Assembly: GCA_050298055.1 (NCBI GenBank)
Contig: JBNKTL010000024.1
Coordinates: 14,809-78,808 of the forward strand
Reading direction: 5' to 3'
Source of the DNA: Spirochaetota bacterium
GTDB lineage: Bacteria > Spirochaetota > UBA4802 > UBA5550
DNA: 64,000 nucleotides
How positions within the stretch are numbered: position 1 is the stretch's first letter; every line of letters begins with the position of its first letter. The translations under genes and the position numbers were made by a program. The notes under the pieces were generated by a model. That model saw only the letters and a list, made by a program, of their open reading frames with translations, was not told the origin of the DNA and searched no databases. This document shows positions 28,221-39,248 of this stretch, in pieces.

Positions 28221-28664
28221 ATGAGAACCTTAATCCTTTTACTGACGATTTTCTTCTGCGCGAATATCTCATGCAAAAAGAAGGAAAATTTTATTGAACC
28301 TGAGACCGTTCTCAGGAAATGGATGAGTGCCGTTGAAAAGATGAACTACCAGGCCTATACTGAATGTGAAGCATATCCCAAGAGCAGGGATCTTTTCAGA
28401 GAGATGTTCACTGAGTATTATCTCACTGAACTCTATATGGGGAAAATCGAGGAACTTGACCCGAAAGATATAAAACAGGATGCGCAAAATAACTCATATC
28501 TAAAGAGAAATGTCTCTTTCACGGTAAAGGCTGTTAACAGGAAGAGCGGGAAAAAGGGATACATCATCAGGGGGGATGTTGACTTTATCAGGTTCCTTGA
28601 AGGAAAGCGCAGGGATGACGGATGGTTGATGTCAAACAGGACTCTTATAAGGATCAGCAAATAG
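28221..28664 (+). CDS. Hypothetical lipoprotein
   Basis: RBS aggag, lipobox-like NISC. Confidence 0.7.
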   Translation: MRTLILLLTIFFCANISCKKKENFIEPETVLRKWMSAVEKMNYQAYTECEAYPKSRDLFREMFTEYYLTELYMGKIEELDPKDIKQDAQNNSYLKRNVSFTVKAVNRKSGKKGYIIRGDVDFIRFLEGKRRDDGWLMSNRTLIRISK

Positions 28665-28679
28665 AGGGAAGAGACAAAA

Positions 28680-29984
28680 ATGAGATTATATGAACTTTTT
28701 ATCGGATTCAGGTATCTGAAGGCCAAGAAGAGCCAGGGATTCATATCTTTTAATACGCTTCTCTCTGTCTTTATTGTTTTTATCGGCGTATTTATTCTCA
28801 TTATCGTTATCTCCGTGATGAACGGCTTCCAGGCCCAGATCAAGGACAAGATCCTTGACGTGGATTCGCATATTACCATCTCAAATGTTTACGGTTCCCG
28901 GAAGGGGGAGACGATCAGGAATTACAGGGAGATCGTTGAAAAAATCAAGACCGTTAAAGGGGTTGTTTCCTCTTATCCCTATATCCAGGGACAGGGTCTT
29001 ATGAGGTTTAAGAAAAACATCTCCTATGTGATGATCAGGGGTATGGGTAAAAAAGGAGACATCCCTCTTCATTTTAAGAAGTTCATTACCGAAGGAGAGA
29101 AAAATCTCAGCAGGAAGCAGGGTATCTTCATCGGTTCCGAGATGGCCCTTAATTACAATATCGATATTGGCGACTGGATAGAGATCATTGTCCCCAAGGG
29201 GAGGCTTACCGCCCGGGAGGGCGTTATCCCCGGCATGGGAAAATTCAGGGTCAACGGGTTTTTTAAAACAGGCTACTACGATTTTGATACGAAGCTTATC
29301 GTGATGTCTCTTCCCGGTGCTCAGGGGCTCTACTCCGTGGGTGATGTGGCAAAGGGCATAGGGGTTAAGATAAAAGATGTCTACAGGATGGATGCAACCG
29401 CTGCTCATATTCAGGCAACTATTGGTTATGAATATGTTCCCATGACCGCGGAAGAGAGGAACCAGAATCTCTTCTATGCGCTCAAACTGGAAAAACTGAT
29501 AATGACCATCATCCTTTTCCTGGTCATTGTTTCCGCGGGATTTACCATAATGGGTACCCTGGTCATGGTGGTGATGGAGAAGAGGAAGGATATCGGTGTT
29601 CTCAAATCCATGGGGGCAAAACCCACATCGATCATGGTTGTGTTCATCCTTGAGGGTTTTCTTATCGGCGTTACCGGTACTCTCATGGGTGTGATCCTCG
29701 GACTTGCCGCGTCCCTCAACCTTGAGGCTATCATCATGTGGACAGAGGCAACAATAAATAAGATCGGCACGCAGGTCTATCTCTTCTTTAACCTGGGTAT
29801 CTGGGATAAGGTCGTTATCGTTCCCACAAATGTTTATTATATCGATACTATTCCCACCCAGGTAAAGCCCGAATTTATTGTTTTCATTTCCATATTTGCG
29901 GTTTTCCTTTCCACAGTTGCGGCGATCTTTCCCGCGTGGAACGCGTCACGGCTAAACCCCGTGGAGACTATCAGGTACGAGTAG
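28680..29984 (+). CDS. Lipoprotein-releasing ABC permease LolC/E
   Basis: RYL..K, SVMNGF, EKRKDIGVLKSMGA, PAW.ASRLNPVE.IRYE. Confidence 0.9.
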   Translation: MRLYELFIGFRYLKAKKSQGFISFNTLLSVFIVFIGVFILIIVISVMNGFQAQIKDKILDVDSHITISNVYGSRKGETIRNYREIVEKIKTVKGVVSSYPYIQGQGLMRFKKNISYVMIRGMGKKGDIPLHFKKFITEGEKNLSRKQGIFIGSEMALNYNIDIGDWIEIIVPKGRLTAREGVIPGMGKFRVNGFFKTGYYDFDTKLIVMSLPGAQGLYSVGDVAKGIGVKIKDVYRMDATAAHIQATIGYEYVPMTAEERNQNLFYALKLEKLIMTIILFLVIVSAGFTIMGTLVMVVMEKRKDIGVLKSMGAKPTSIMVVFILEGFLIGVTGTLMGVILGLAASLNLEAIIMWTEATINKIGTQVYLFFNLGIWDKVVIVPTNVYYIDTIPTQVKPEFIVFISIFAVFLSTVAAIFPAWNASRLNPVETIRYE

Positions 29985-29992
29985 AGACAATA

Positions 29993-30679
29993 ATGACAAA
30001 AGAACTGATCATTAAAGGTAATAATATAGAAAAAATCTACGGGCAGGGAAGAAATGCCCTCAAGGTCCTCAAAGATATCTCATTTGAAATTGCCCGGGGA
30101 GATATTGCGTCAATTATCGGGCCTTCAGGTGCGGGAAAATCCACACTCCTTAATCTTGTGGGGTGCCTCGACTCCTTTAACAGCGGCAGGCTTGAGCTTC
30201 TTGGAAAAGATGTCTCGCATTTAACGGTAGAAGACCTTTCGGGTTTCAGGAACAGGCATATCGGTTTTGTCTTTCAGCAGCACAATCTTCTCCCTGAATT
30301 TACCGCCCTGGAAAATATCATGATCCCCCTGCTGATCAGGAGGACCCGCAGGAAGAAAGCCAGGGAGAGGGCTCTCGAGATGCTGGAAAATTTTAACCTT
30401 ACCGAGAGGGGGCATCACTATCCTTCCGAACTCTCCGGAGGGGAGTGCCAGAGAATCGCGGTTGCAAGGGCAATTATCGGTGATCCGGATATCCTCCTGG
30501 CCGATGAACCCACCGGCAGCCTTGACAGCGCCAATTCGGACAATCTTGTGAATATCATGCTTGACCTGGGAAGAAAAAAAAATACCACTATTATCATTAT
30601 AACCCACGATCTCAAAATAGCCTCCAGGACTGAAAAGACAATATCTCTCATTGACGGCAAGATTGTGGGAGGAAATTAA
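29993..30679 (+). CDS. lolD: Lipoprotein-releasing ABC ATPase LolD
   Basis: GPSGAGKST, GFVFQ.HNLLPEF, LSGGE.QR, ADEPTG; start ATG 29993. Confidence 0.88.
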   Translation: MTKELIIKGNNIEKIYGQGRNALKVLKDISFEIARGDIASIIGPSGAGKSTLLNLVGCLDSFNSGRLELLGKDVSHLTVEDLSGFRNRHIGFVFQQHNLLPEFTALENIMIPLLIRRTRRKKARERALEMLENFNLTERGHHYPSELSGGECQRIAVARAIIGDPDILLADEPTGSLDSANSDNLVNIMLDLGRKKNTTIIIITHDLKIASRTEKTISLIDGKIVGGN

Positions 30680-30731
30680 TTCCTTGATTTTTTTCTCTTT
30701 TCCCATTACTGTTAAATAACTTAACAGGTAA

Positions 30732-31937
30732 TTGGCGCAGAGAGAGATAATGACAGGTCAGATTAAAACAGTTACGGACGAGTCCCAGTTTCCCATGCTT
30801 ATCAACCGGTTTTTTACCGGGCCCAATGTTTTTATTAAGACAAAGAGCGGGAACCTCTTCCTTCAGTTCCTGGGATATTCCGAGGGAAAGATTGCCTATA
30901 GAATTCCCCGTGTGAAAAACATTCCTGAAGTCGTACAGGTCATTACCCGTCACAATAACACAACCATAAACGCAAGACTGAAGTTCGAGGAAAGAAATGA
31001 GGATACCTTCATCTTTACGCCGGTCATGTTCCAGGTCCTCATCGCGGCAAGAAGGGAGGGAAGGATCGCCCTTGAAGGGGGAGAGAGTAAAAGCATAATC
31101 TATATTGAAAAGGTCATCTCCGATTTTGTCATAACCAATGAGCTTACCATGAATGACAAAAAGGTCGACCATGTTAAGGAGATCGTTACCTTTGATCTTG
31201 AGAAGCAGTTCCAGAATATCGTTGTTCATTTTATCAATGAATCGGGAAGAGATATTCGGATGAAATACTTTTCCACCAATATCCGTCCTATCTTTATTCC
31301 CGATCTCAACAGTGAACCTGACAAGAGGTTCGAGAAGGACTATAATTTTTATATCAATGAGATCTTATCAAACGACTACAAGCTTTCCTCCCGGCACGAA
31401 TTTATCTCAGAAGCTTCCGCCCCTGTCCTTATTCGTAACATGATTCCTTACGGCTACCTGCAGGTGAACAATACAACTCCCATGACAGACGGGCACTTCT
31501 CGGTTGTCAAGAGAATGGCAGTGGTCATCAATGAGCTTTTCAGAAAGAACAGGCTCTTTCAGCCGTCACCTGATAAAATCCTTGTCTCTGACCTTTCAAA
31601 AAACGGTATCGGTGTTGTCTTTAAGGAAAGAAAAATTGCCCGGCTCTTTAAAAAGGGGAGTCTTGTGAGCTTCGAAATGATGCTTCCCTCACAGAAGAAG
31701 GTCATATTAGGAGCAGTTGTCAGGAATATCAATTTTCTGGAGAACGGTATCATCAAGGCCGGGTTTGAGATCCGCCTTATTGACGCTCTCAGTGAAGTCC
31801 ATTACGAGGAGTTCCTTGAGACACTCCCCGTATCAAAGGAACCCCCTCCGGAAAAGAAACCCGTGGCAGTTGATGAACTCACCGACGAAGAAGCGGAAAA
31901 CCAGCTCGGCGACATTGTTGACGAGATGTTTGAGTAA
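30732..31937 (+). CDS. DUF1577-like protein with C-terminal PilZ-like domain
   Basis: IPYGYLQV and DLSKNGIG motifs; resembles a Leptospira family. Confidence 0.55.
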   Translation: MAQREIMTGQIKTVTDESQFPMLINRFFTGPNVFIKTKSGNLFLQFLGYSEGKIAYRIPRVKNIPEVVQVITRHNNTTINARLKFEERNEDTFIFTPVMFQVLIAARREGRIALEGGESKSIIYIEKVISDFVITNELTMNDKKVDHVKEIVTFDLEKQFQNIVVHFINESGRDIRMKYFSTNIRPIFIPDLNSEPDKRFEKDYNFYINEILSNDYKLSSRHEFISEASAPVLIRNMIPYGYLQVNNTTPMTDGHFSVVKRMAVVINELFRKNRLFQPSPDKILVSDLSKNGIGVVFKERKIARLFKKGSLVSFEMMLPSQKKVILGAVVRNINFLENGIIKAGFEIRLIDALSEVHYEEFLETLPVSKEPPPEKKPVAVDELTDEEAENQLGDIVDEMFE

Positions 31938-31988
31938 GGATAGAGATACTCGTTCACATGAAGTATAATAGGTTCTATAAAAAATAGA

Positions 31989-32897
31989 TCATTTTATTAA
32001 AGTTATATCGTGTCTTGGGATGATGTTAATTCCATAAAAGATATTTTTTAGTCCATTATTCAAAATAATTGTCTTATCACTTTTTTTAAGTAATAAGCCG
32101 TTTAATGTATAACTTTTTCCTAAAAATGTTCCGGATATTTTAACGGGATCTTTTTTCCAGATAGATGGTTCTTTTGTATCATTTATCATTACATCGATTG
32201 TTTTATCAATTCCTATGAATATTTCAGTTTTCATTTCTTTTGCGTCATTATCAGTCCAACTGTTTTCACCTTTAAGTGTACGAGTAACTGGTACATAATA
32301 AACATATTTACCTTCCCAGATTTCTTTATTTTTTTTAAGAATCTTTGTTTTTAAGAAGAGGTATAGTTTGCCTGTTGAATTCATATCAAGAGTCATAATG
32401 ACATATGGAGTTATTTCAAGACGTCCATTTGTTCCTTTTTCGTCTAATGTCCAGTTGGAAGGAGGTGATGTTTCTTTGAATTTCTTTTCAAGAATATTTT
32501 TTGTATATATATCAAGACCTATTTTGAGTGTGTTTTCTACACCGGATATATCTTTCCTAGCATGTTCCTTGCCGATTGAATTTGCAACAAATGCTCCAAG
32601 TAATCCAAATGCCATCCCGCAGCTCTTTGCAGAATTTCCTTTCTCACTCAGGACTATAACATTACTATCGGGTATGCGATATGATCCCATGGGAAGATCA
32701 TTTAATTCTGATATTCCTTCAGAAAGAATTTTTACTACAAATTGGCCTTTTGGTGAAGGCATTGGCTTATTAGGTAATGTTGAACACCCTGATGTAAAAA
32801 TGGAATAGATAATTATTATTGTAATTGCTAACAATGCATGGTACTTGTTTCTTATCGTATAATTAATCTTCATGAATCTCATTATCCCCTCTTGCAA
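31989..32897 (-). CDS. Hypothetical lipoprotein (AT-rich)
   Basis: Lipobox-like FTSGC; FGLLGA motif; true start uncertain. Confidence 0.65.
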   Translation of the reverse strand: MQEGIMRFMKINYTIRNKYHALLAITIIIIYSIFTSGCSTLPNKPMPSPKGQFVVKILSEGISELNDLPMGSYRIPDSNVIVLSEKGNSAKSCGMAFGLLGAFVANSIGKEHARKDISGVENTLKIGLDIYTKNILEKKFKETSPPSNWTLDEKGTNGRLEITPYVIMTLDMNSTGKLYLFLKTKILKKNKEIWEGKYVYYVPVTRTLKGENSWTDNDAKEMKTEIFIGIDKTIDVMINDTKEPSIWKKDPVKISGTFLGKSYTLNGLLLKKSDKTIILNNGLKNIFYGINIIPRHDITLIK

Positions 32898-33175
32898 TTA
32901 TTTTTATGGAATATATTTAATTATTGAAAAAACAGGCACTAATCTTTGCATAAAAATTCTCCTTTGATTTTATTTTTAATGTGTTAGAATTGCTTCAGCA
33001 ATTACTGAAAAAAATTGCTAGTGCACACCACTACCAATACTAATAAATACATATTTTTTGTCAGGTCAAGAAGAAATTTTTTATTTCTGATCGTATTCAG
33101 GGGCGTGATTGAAATTACGGGATAAAGCCAGTTTTTTTATGAAAGGGTTTTCTAACTTATTGGCTGTGGCTTTGG

Positions 33176-33643
33176 CTAGAGCATGAGTCTTTCCAGAGTT
33201 TTTAGGTCCGGAAATCCCAGAATTGAGATATAAAGAGGAACAGTATCCAGCATTCGTGTAATATATACGAAATTTCTTGCATAGTTATCCAAGATCTTTT
33301 TATGATCCCTGGGATTACTCAGATCATAAACAAGTTCATCAAGATAATGCCTGATGGCAAAACCAATAAGCAAGGAAACGGAAAACTTAAAATTCCTTCT
33401 TAAATCCAGATATTGTTCATAAAAAACAGAATCAATATTAATATGCTCTTTTTCCAGGATAATAAAATCCTTACCCCTCTTCTGGTAAGTGACTCTTTCA
33501 TAGGGCCTGGGTTCAAACTCGTTTTTCCTGATAATCCGCGCGAGAAGGAGTGAGATCATTTCATTATTAGAGAGACGAAGTGTACTTGCAGCCTCTTCCA
33601 GTTTTTCAAGAAGTTCCGAGTCAATAGTGATGGTGGTTCTCAT
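33176..33643 (-). CDS. Putative DNA-binding protein (RHH-like N-terminus, DUF1564-like)
   Basis: MRTTITID..LEKL..AA; YQK..DLR..K.SVSLLI; ggag RBS before ATG 33643. Confidence 0.55.
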   Translation of the reverse strand: MRTTITIDSELLEKLEEAASTLRLSNNEMISLLLARIIRKNEFEPRPYERVTYQKRGKDFIILEKEHINIDSVFYEQYLDLRRNFKFSVSLLIGFAIRHYLDELVYDLSNPRDHKKILDNYARNFVYITRMLDTVPLYISILGFPDLKTLERLML

Positions 33644-33856
33644 AATGTTCAATCTCCCGGTATTTTGATCAGAATTGCAATTATTTATCAATATTAATAC
33701 GATTCTGAAACCGGATTCATTAAAACTTTTTTTAATTTTCGAGAATTTTACCGGAATTTAATTCACGCCTGTATTCAGAGGTCTTTGAAATTTACAATAA
33801 GAGGTTCCTTCAAAGGAATATGATAAAATGTCATTGATAGAGTTTTCCTCTCAATG

Positions 33857-33890
33857 AAAAAAGGCTGCCTCAATTATGAGACAGCCTTTC
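33857..33890 (-). terminator. Rho-independent terminator
   Basis: AAAGGCTG.CTCA/TGAG.CAGCCTTT stem with an A run, downstream of the MORN gene. Confidence 0.7.
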
Positions 33891-33928
33891 GCATTTAATT
33901 GTAGTTTTAAGAATCAGTTAAAATAAGA

Positions 33929-35158
33929 CTACTGCCCGAACCCTTTCCGGTATCTTCCCATCATATAATAACCTGTTTTATTCGCGTCAGCCGAACCGTC
34001 GGGATTGTAGAACTTCCATGTTCCGTTTCTCTTGTCGTTCATGTAGTCTCCTTCGGCCATCAGCTTGCCGTTGGGATGGTACTCCCTGAATTTTCCCGAT
34101 TTGCGGTTCATCATGTAACTTCCTTCGGACATGAGCTTCCCGTTGGGATAGAACTCCTTCCCGGCGCCGTTTTTCTTCGGGTTCTTTGCGGACCCTACCA
34201 TCATGTATTCACCGGTAAGCACGCCGTTTTTGTAAAGCCAGCCTTTGCCGTTTACCGCGGCGCCTTTCAGGGTAAGCTTCTTTGTGATCTTCTTTTTCTT
34301 ATCGTAATAGGTCCAGACTCCCACCTGTGTATTTTTCTTGAACATCCCCTCGTTCCATACCATTCCTTCGGGATAGAACATGGTCCATTTCCCTTCCATC
34401 TTGCCGTCTGACATGTTACCGGTCATGGCGACCTTTCCGTTTGTTTGATGATAAAATGACCATTTGCCGGTCCTCTTGCCGTCGGTGTACATGCCAAAGC
34501 TCTTTTTCTTCCCATTGGGCCAGTTTTCCGACCATGCACCATGGAGCTTATCATCCCTGTACATTGAGTTGGATTTCAACTTGCCGTTGGGATAGTATTC
34601 CTTGCTCACACCGTCTTTCTTATCGTACCGGTACACAAATTCGTTCATGGGTATTCCGTTTTTATAAAAATTTGTGCCGGGTCCGTTTTTCTTCCCATCG
34701 ATATATCTCTCTTTTGACTTCTTTTTGCCGTTGGGGTAGTAAACGGTCTTGTCACCATTGGGTTTATTGTTTCTGTACTCTGTTTCAGACATGAGTGTAC
34801 CGTCTTTATAGTACGATTTCTGTACGCCCTCTACCATTCCTGCTTTATAATCTGCTTCGAACTTCTTTTTCCCGTCTTCGTAGTACCCTGTCCAATGGCC
34901 GTCTTTTTTGTCGGTCGCAAAATTTCCCTCTGAGTGTTTTACCTTTCCCCCCTTATAATAGAAGGTCCAGCTGCCGTTCTTTATCTTTCCGCCGGTGACT
35001 TTCCCCCGTCCCTGAAGGGAACCGTCCCCGTAGTATATCTCCAGAATGTCCCCTTTTAGTTTTGATTTTGCTGCTTTTGTGTCCTTCTTCTGACCGGAAC
35101 CGCAGGAAATCATGGTGATCAATACTGCTGCGATAATTCCACTTTTTCGAAAGTTCAT
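33929..35158 (-). CDS. MORN-variant repeat lipoprotein
   Basis: Lipobox MISC; many G.W..YY.NG repeats. Confidence 0.88.
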   Translation of the reverse strand: MNFRKSGIIAAVLITMISCGSGQKKDTKAAKSKLKGDILEIYYGDGSLQGRGKVTGGKIKNGSWTFYYKGGKVKHSEGNFATDKKDGHWTGYYEDGKKKFEADYKAGMVEGVQKSYYKDGTLMSETEYRNNKPNGDKTVYYPNGKKKSKERYIDGKKNGPGTNFYKNGIPMNEFVYRYDKKDGVSKEYYPNGKLKSNSMYRDDKLHGAWSENWPNGKKKSFGMYTDGKRTGKWSFYHQTNGKVAMTGNMSDGKMEGKWTMFYPEGMVWNEGMFKKNTQVGVWTYYDKKKKITKKLTLKGAAVNGKGWLYKNGVLTGEYMMVGSAKNPKKNGAGKEFYPNGKLMSEGSYMMNRKSGKFREYHPNGKLMAEGDYMNDKRNGTWKFYNPDGSADANKTGYYMMGRYRKGFGQ

Positions 35159-35496
35159 TGAGTAATCCTCCATATAAATTAAAAAACAGATGTTTAAGTT
35201 TCAATCTTTGTACTGATACATCAAAAATGCGGCCCGCTTCATATACATTGAAGATCAGCCGTCAATTACCATTTAAAAAAATATATAATCAGCAATATTT
35301 TATTAATGAATATAATAATTCTTACACATGGCTAAATAGTTACAGATATATTCTGGTATACTATGCTCCTCATGTCAATTAATTTCTCCATTTAATCCAG
35401 TAATCTTCTTATTTAAATTATTAAATCACCGATATTAATACAGAATCAGGATACTTTTATCCTTATAAAAACACTATTGGACCCCGGGGGTAAACA

Positions 35497-36003
35497 ATGT
35501 ACAAGCCGGTCATAGAGATGGAAAAGATCCTTTCCCGAGAAATTGAGCTTTATGAAGATCTTTACAAGCTGGAGATTGAGAAAAGTGAAGCAATAATCCG
35601 GAAAGAGTGGGACGTTGTGGAGAAGCTTGCGGCCCGGCAGGAGACGGGGCTTTCCGAGATTGATTTACTGGAGAAAAGGAGGGAGGACCTTATCGAGGAT
35701 TACAGAAGGACCAATAACCTGGATGACTTCTCCCGAAATATCACACTGAAGGAGATCGTTCTTTCAATGGATGAAGATTCGTCTCATCATCTTCTCCGGC
35801 TGGGTATGGACCTGAAGGACATAATGAATAAAACGTCACATCTTGTGAAAACAAACGACACCCTGCTGCATGACAACAGGGAGTTTTTCAATATCTTAAT
35901 GTCGGGCCTTAAGACGGGCGGGGGCCAGGCAGGTTACGGGAACGACGGGAAGGAGGAGAACATGAAAATCTCCAATCCTGTTCTCTTTAACCAGACAGCC
36001 TGA
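35497..36003 (+). CDS. flgN: Flagellar chaperone FlgN
   Basis: Helical protein ending Y..DG..LFNQTA directly upstream of flgK. Confidence 0.8.
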   Translation: MYKPVIEMEKILSREIELYEDLYKLEIEKSEAIIRKEWDVVEKLAARQETGLSEIDLLEKRREDLIEDYRRTNNLDDFSRNITLKEIVLSMDEDSSHHLLRLGMDLKDIMNKTSHLVKTNDTLLHDNREFFNILMSGLKTGGGQAGYGNDGKEENMKISNPVLFNQTA

Positions 36004-36014
36004 GGAGGAGTAAA

Positions 36015-37922
36015 ATGCCAAATACATTTATGGGACTGGAAATCGGGAAGAGAGGGCTGATGTCGCACCAGCAGGCCCTTCATGTGACGGGGCACAATAT
36101 TTCCAATGCCGAGAACAAGGAGTACTCGAGACAGAGAGTTGTCATTACTTCCGCAGACCCCCTTTATGTTCCCGCGCTCAACAGGGAGATGGTGAAAGGG
36201 ATGCTGGGGCAGGGCTCCACGGTGTCACAGGTTGAGAGAATAAGGAACGCGTTTATCGATGACCGGATCGTTTCTGAAAAAAATGTCATGGGTTTCTGGA
36301 AATCCAAAAACGATTTTATATACCAGGTCGAGTCTATCTATAACGAGCCCTCCGACCGGTCCATCAGGTCGAGAATGGACGAACTCTGGAAGGCATGGGA
36401 GGAGCTTTCCAAGTACCCGGAAATGAGGGCAACACGGGAGGTTGTCAAGGAGAAGGGGGTTAACCTTTCCAACGAGGTTAACAATGTCTACAGGCAGCTC
36501 TATGAGCTCCGGCTCGATGCCAACAGGCAGGTCAAACATATGACCGAACAGCTCAACATGTATGCCCGGGACGTCAGGGATTTAAACGAAAGGATACTGA
36601 AATCCGAAGCGGTGGGAGACAACCCCAACGATCTCAAGGACAGGAGAGACGCCCTTATTGAAAAGATGTCAACTATCGCCGATATCTCGGTGGGCAGGAG
36701 CGATAAAGACGAGATCATTGTCTACCTGGGTGCCGAGAACTTTGTCCAGGGAGAGGTCTTCCGCCCGTTGAAGGCGGTCATGGACCCGGAAAATAACGGC
36801 CTGTTCAAGGTCGTCTGGAAAGAGACAGAGACAGACGTTACCATAAAAGGGGGAGAGCTCGCGGGGATGTTCGAGGTGAGGGATGTGATAATCAGGGACA
36901 ACATCAATGACTTAAATGCCTTTGCAATAAACCTCGCTGACATGACAAACGAGGTCCACAGGGACGGATTTGGAAGGAGAAGCGAGACCAATGTGAATTT
37001 TTTCAGGCACATTGCCGCAAGCGATAATACCGACGGAAACTTCGATCTTAACAGTGACGGCGTTGAGGAGGTGAGTGCCATATTCAAGGTTTCGGGAAAT
37101 AATAAAGTTGACGCCTCTGCGGCAATAGGGATATCGGGCACACTTACCTTTGTTTCCAATACCCGGCTGGAGACACTCCAGCAGGTGGATTACAACGCGT
37201 CGGATACGGTGAATACCGTTATAAAGAAGATAAACGACGCGAAGCTGGGAGTTGTGGCGTACCTTGACCATGAGAAGAGACTGGCTGTCAAGGCCACAAT
37301 CGCGCGGGACCATGACAATAAGAACTTTATGATCAGGCACCTGGAGGATTCGGGGCAGTTTCTCGTGGGACTTACGGGTGTTCTGAAACAATCGGGCAGG
37401 GACGGCGCCTTCGATTACAGAAGGATCAATGATATAAGCAAGTTTCTCCCCTCGCGGGAGCATATAACCATTACGCCGAAGTTCAATCCCGCCGCGTACA
37501 TGGCGGTTTCTGACAGGATTGTTCGTGATGTTGACCTCATAGCGGCAGCCCGGGGAAAGGACATCGGGGGAACGGGAGATTTTAATACCGCAAACGGTAT
37601 CGGTGACGGGACCAACGCCTTGAGACTGGCGGGCCTCCGGCACAAGCATGCGATGGTTGATAAAAATTCCACCTTCAATGACTTTTACATCGCCCTGGTC
37701 TCGCGGATAGGAACACAGGGTGAAGAGGCCAAGGACAGGATAAAGAACCAGGAGACCCTGCTGAAGAACCTGACCAATCTCAGGGAATCCGTATCCGGCA
37801 TAAACCTGGATGAGGAGATGGCCAACATGGTCGCCTTCCAGCACGGCTACAATGCCGCGGCCAGGGTCATTTCAACAATGGACAGTATGCTCGATACCAT
37901 TATCAACAGGATGGGAGTGTAG
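36015..37922 (+). CDS. flgK: Flagellar hook-associated protein 1
   Basis: GHNISNA..YSRQRV; SVSGINLDEEM..FQH.YNAAAR. Confidence 0.96.
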   Translation: MPNTFMGLEIGKRGLMSHQQALHVTGHNISNAENKEYSRQRVVITSADPLYVPALNREMVKGMLGQGSTVSQVERIRNAFIDDRIVSEKNVMGFWKSKNDFIYQVESIYNEPSDRSIRSRMDELWKAWEELSKYPEMRATREVVKEKGVNLSNEVNNVYRQLYELRLDANRQVKHMTEQLNMYARDVRDLNERILKSEAVGDNPNDLKDRRDALIEKMSTIADISVGRSDKDEIIVYLGAENFVQGEVFRPLKAVMDPENNGLFKVVWKETETDVTIKGGELAGMFEVRDVIIRDNINDLNAFAINLADMTNEVHRDGFGRRSETNVNFFRHIAASDNTDGNFDLNSDGVEEVSAIFKVSGNNKVDASAAIGISGTLTFVSNTRLETLQQVDYNASDTVNTVIKKINDAKLGVVAYLDHEKRLAVKATIARDHDNKNFMIRHLEDSGQFLVGLTGVLKQSGRDGAFDYRRINDISKFLPSREHITITPKFNPAAYMAVSDRIVRDVDLIAAARGKDIGGTGDFNTANGIGDGTNALRLAGLRHKHAMVDKNSTFNDFYIALVSRIGTQGEEAKDRIKNQETLLKNLTNLRESVSGINLDEEMANMVAFQHGYNAAARVISTMDSMLDTIINRMGV

Positions 37923-37926
37923 ATAA

Positions 37927-39189
37927 ATGAACAGAATAACAAACCAGATGCTTAACAATACCATGACCTACAACCTCAACAGGCATACCCAGGAGATGGA
38001 CAGTATCCAGGACAAGCTGGCAACGGGAAAGAATGTCAGGCTTCCCCGGGACAATCCCATCTCGGCAACCAACCAGATGCTCTACAGGTCACGGCTTTCC
38101 GAGATCCACCAGTATATCAGCAACCTGGATGAGAGCAAGAACAGGCTCAGCGATATCGACACCTCGGTGCAGTCCATGCTGAGGATCTTTCAGAGAATAA
38201 GGGTCCTCACCGTGCAGGGCGCCCACGGGATCTACTCATCCTTTGAGAGGAAGGAGGCAGCGGCAACGGAGATAAACCAGCTTCTGGAGGAACTCGTGGC
38301 CATCGCAAACACAAAGAGTTCCACCGGCAGGCCGATCTTCGGCGGACATATGACCGGTACGGAAAAGCAGCCCAATCCCTTTGTGCCCATTTATCAGACT
38401 CTCACCGCGGGACAGCAGGGTGACGCCATGATAGGTGTGGAGTACAGGGGAGACATCGGCGGTGTCACCAGGGAAGTTTCCAAAGGCGAGTATATGGATG
38501 TGAATATCCCGGGCAACAGAATATTCTGGGCCTCAAACCAGATCCTTACATCCAACAGGGACACATCGGACTATTCCTCCGTTTCCAACCAGGCTGTCCG
38601 GATCGACGGGAAGGAGATAAATATATCCGCCGGTGATAACCTTGATATTATTATCGACAAGATAAATAACGGCGGGCTCAGCGTGAGGGCGTCCAAGGGC
38701 GGGCGGAACAATATCATCCTCGAATCAACTACCCCCCACCAGATATGGCTGGAGGACGTGGGAAGCGGAACGGTCCTCAAGGACCTGGGACTGGTAAACA
38801 GCAATTTTCCCGATCCCCCCAATAATATTGATCCCACGGTGACTGTGGGAGGAATGTCCATCTTTGAGATGATCATCCAGCTCAGGGACGACCTTGTAAG
38901 GGGCGACCAGGAGCTTGTAGGCGGCAGGGACCTGGGTCTTATCGATGTTGCACTGGACAACCTGCTGCGCAATGTGTCCCTGGTCGGCGCTAAGCAGAAC
39001 AGGGTGGAAGAGCTTGCCAAGAGGTCCGAGTATGAAAAGGGAAATGTCCTTGAAATGCTCTCAAAGACCGAGGGTATCGATTACGCGGAGACGATAATGA
39101 ACTTCAAGTGGATTGAGAGCGTACACCAGTATGCCCTGGCAGTGGGAGCAAAATCCATCCGGCCCACACTTATGGATTTCCTGAGATAG
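37927..39189 (+). CDS. flgL: Flagellar hook-associated protein 3
   Basis: RIT..LATGK..P.DNP; GA.QNR; PTLMDFLR. Confidence 0.95.
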   Translation: MNRITNQMLNNTMTYNLNRHTQEMDSIQDKLATGKNVRLPRDNPISATNQMLYRSRLSEIHQYISNLDESKNRLSDIDTSVQSMLRIFQRIRVLTVQGAHGIYSSFERKEAAATEINQLLEELVAIANTKSSTGRPIFGGHMTGTEKQPNPFVPIYQTLTAGQQGDAMIGVEYRGDIGGVTREVSKGEYMDVNIPGNRIFWASNQILTSNRDTSDYSSVSNQAVRIDGKEINISAGDNLDIIIDKINNGGLSVRASKGGRNNIILESTTPHQIWLEDVGSGTVLKDLGLVNSNFPDPPNNIDPTVTVGGMSIFEMIIQLRDDLVRGDQELVGGRDLGLIDVALDNLLRNVSLVGAKQNRVEELAKRSEYEKGNVLEMLSKTEGIDYAETIMNFKWIESVHQYALAVGAKSIRPTLMDFLR

Positions 39190-39248
39190 ACGGGCAGGCA
39201 ATCCGGAAATTTGATACGCAAGAAGATTAACCCATAAGGAGCAAGCAG

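Noticed and set aside
33929..35158. YwqK-type antitoxin or toxin-antitoxin system
   Set aside because: It is a lipoprotein of generic MORN-variant repeats with no adjacent toxin
35409..35435. Sigma-28 promoter before flgN
   Set aside because: ACCGATAT fits the -10 box but no TAAA at the correct spacing
36912..37844. Long antisense ORFs (also inside glnS, MCP, cfpA, PPDK-like genes)
   Set aside because: Shadows of codon bias in well-supported genes on the opposite strand
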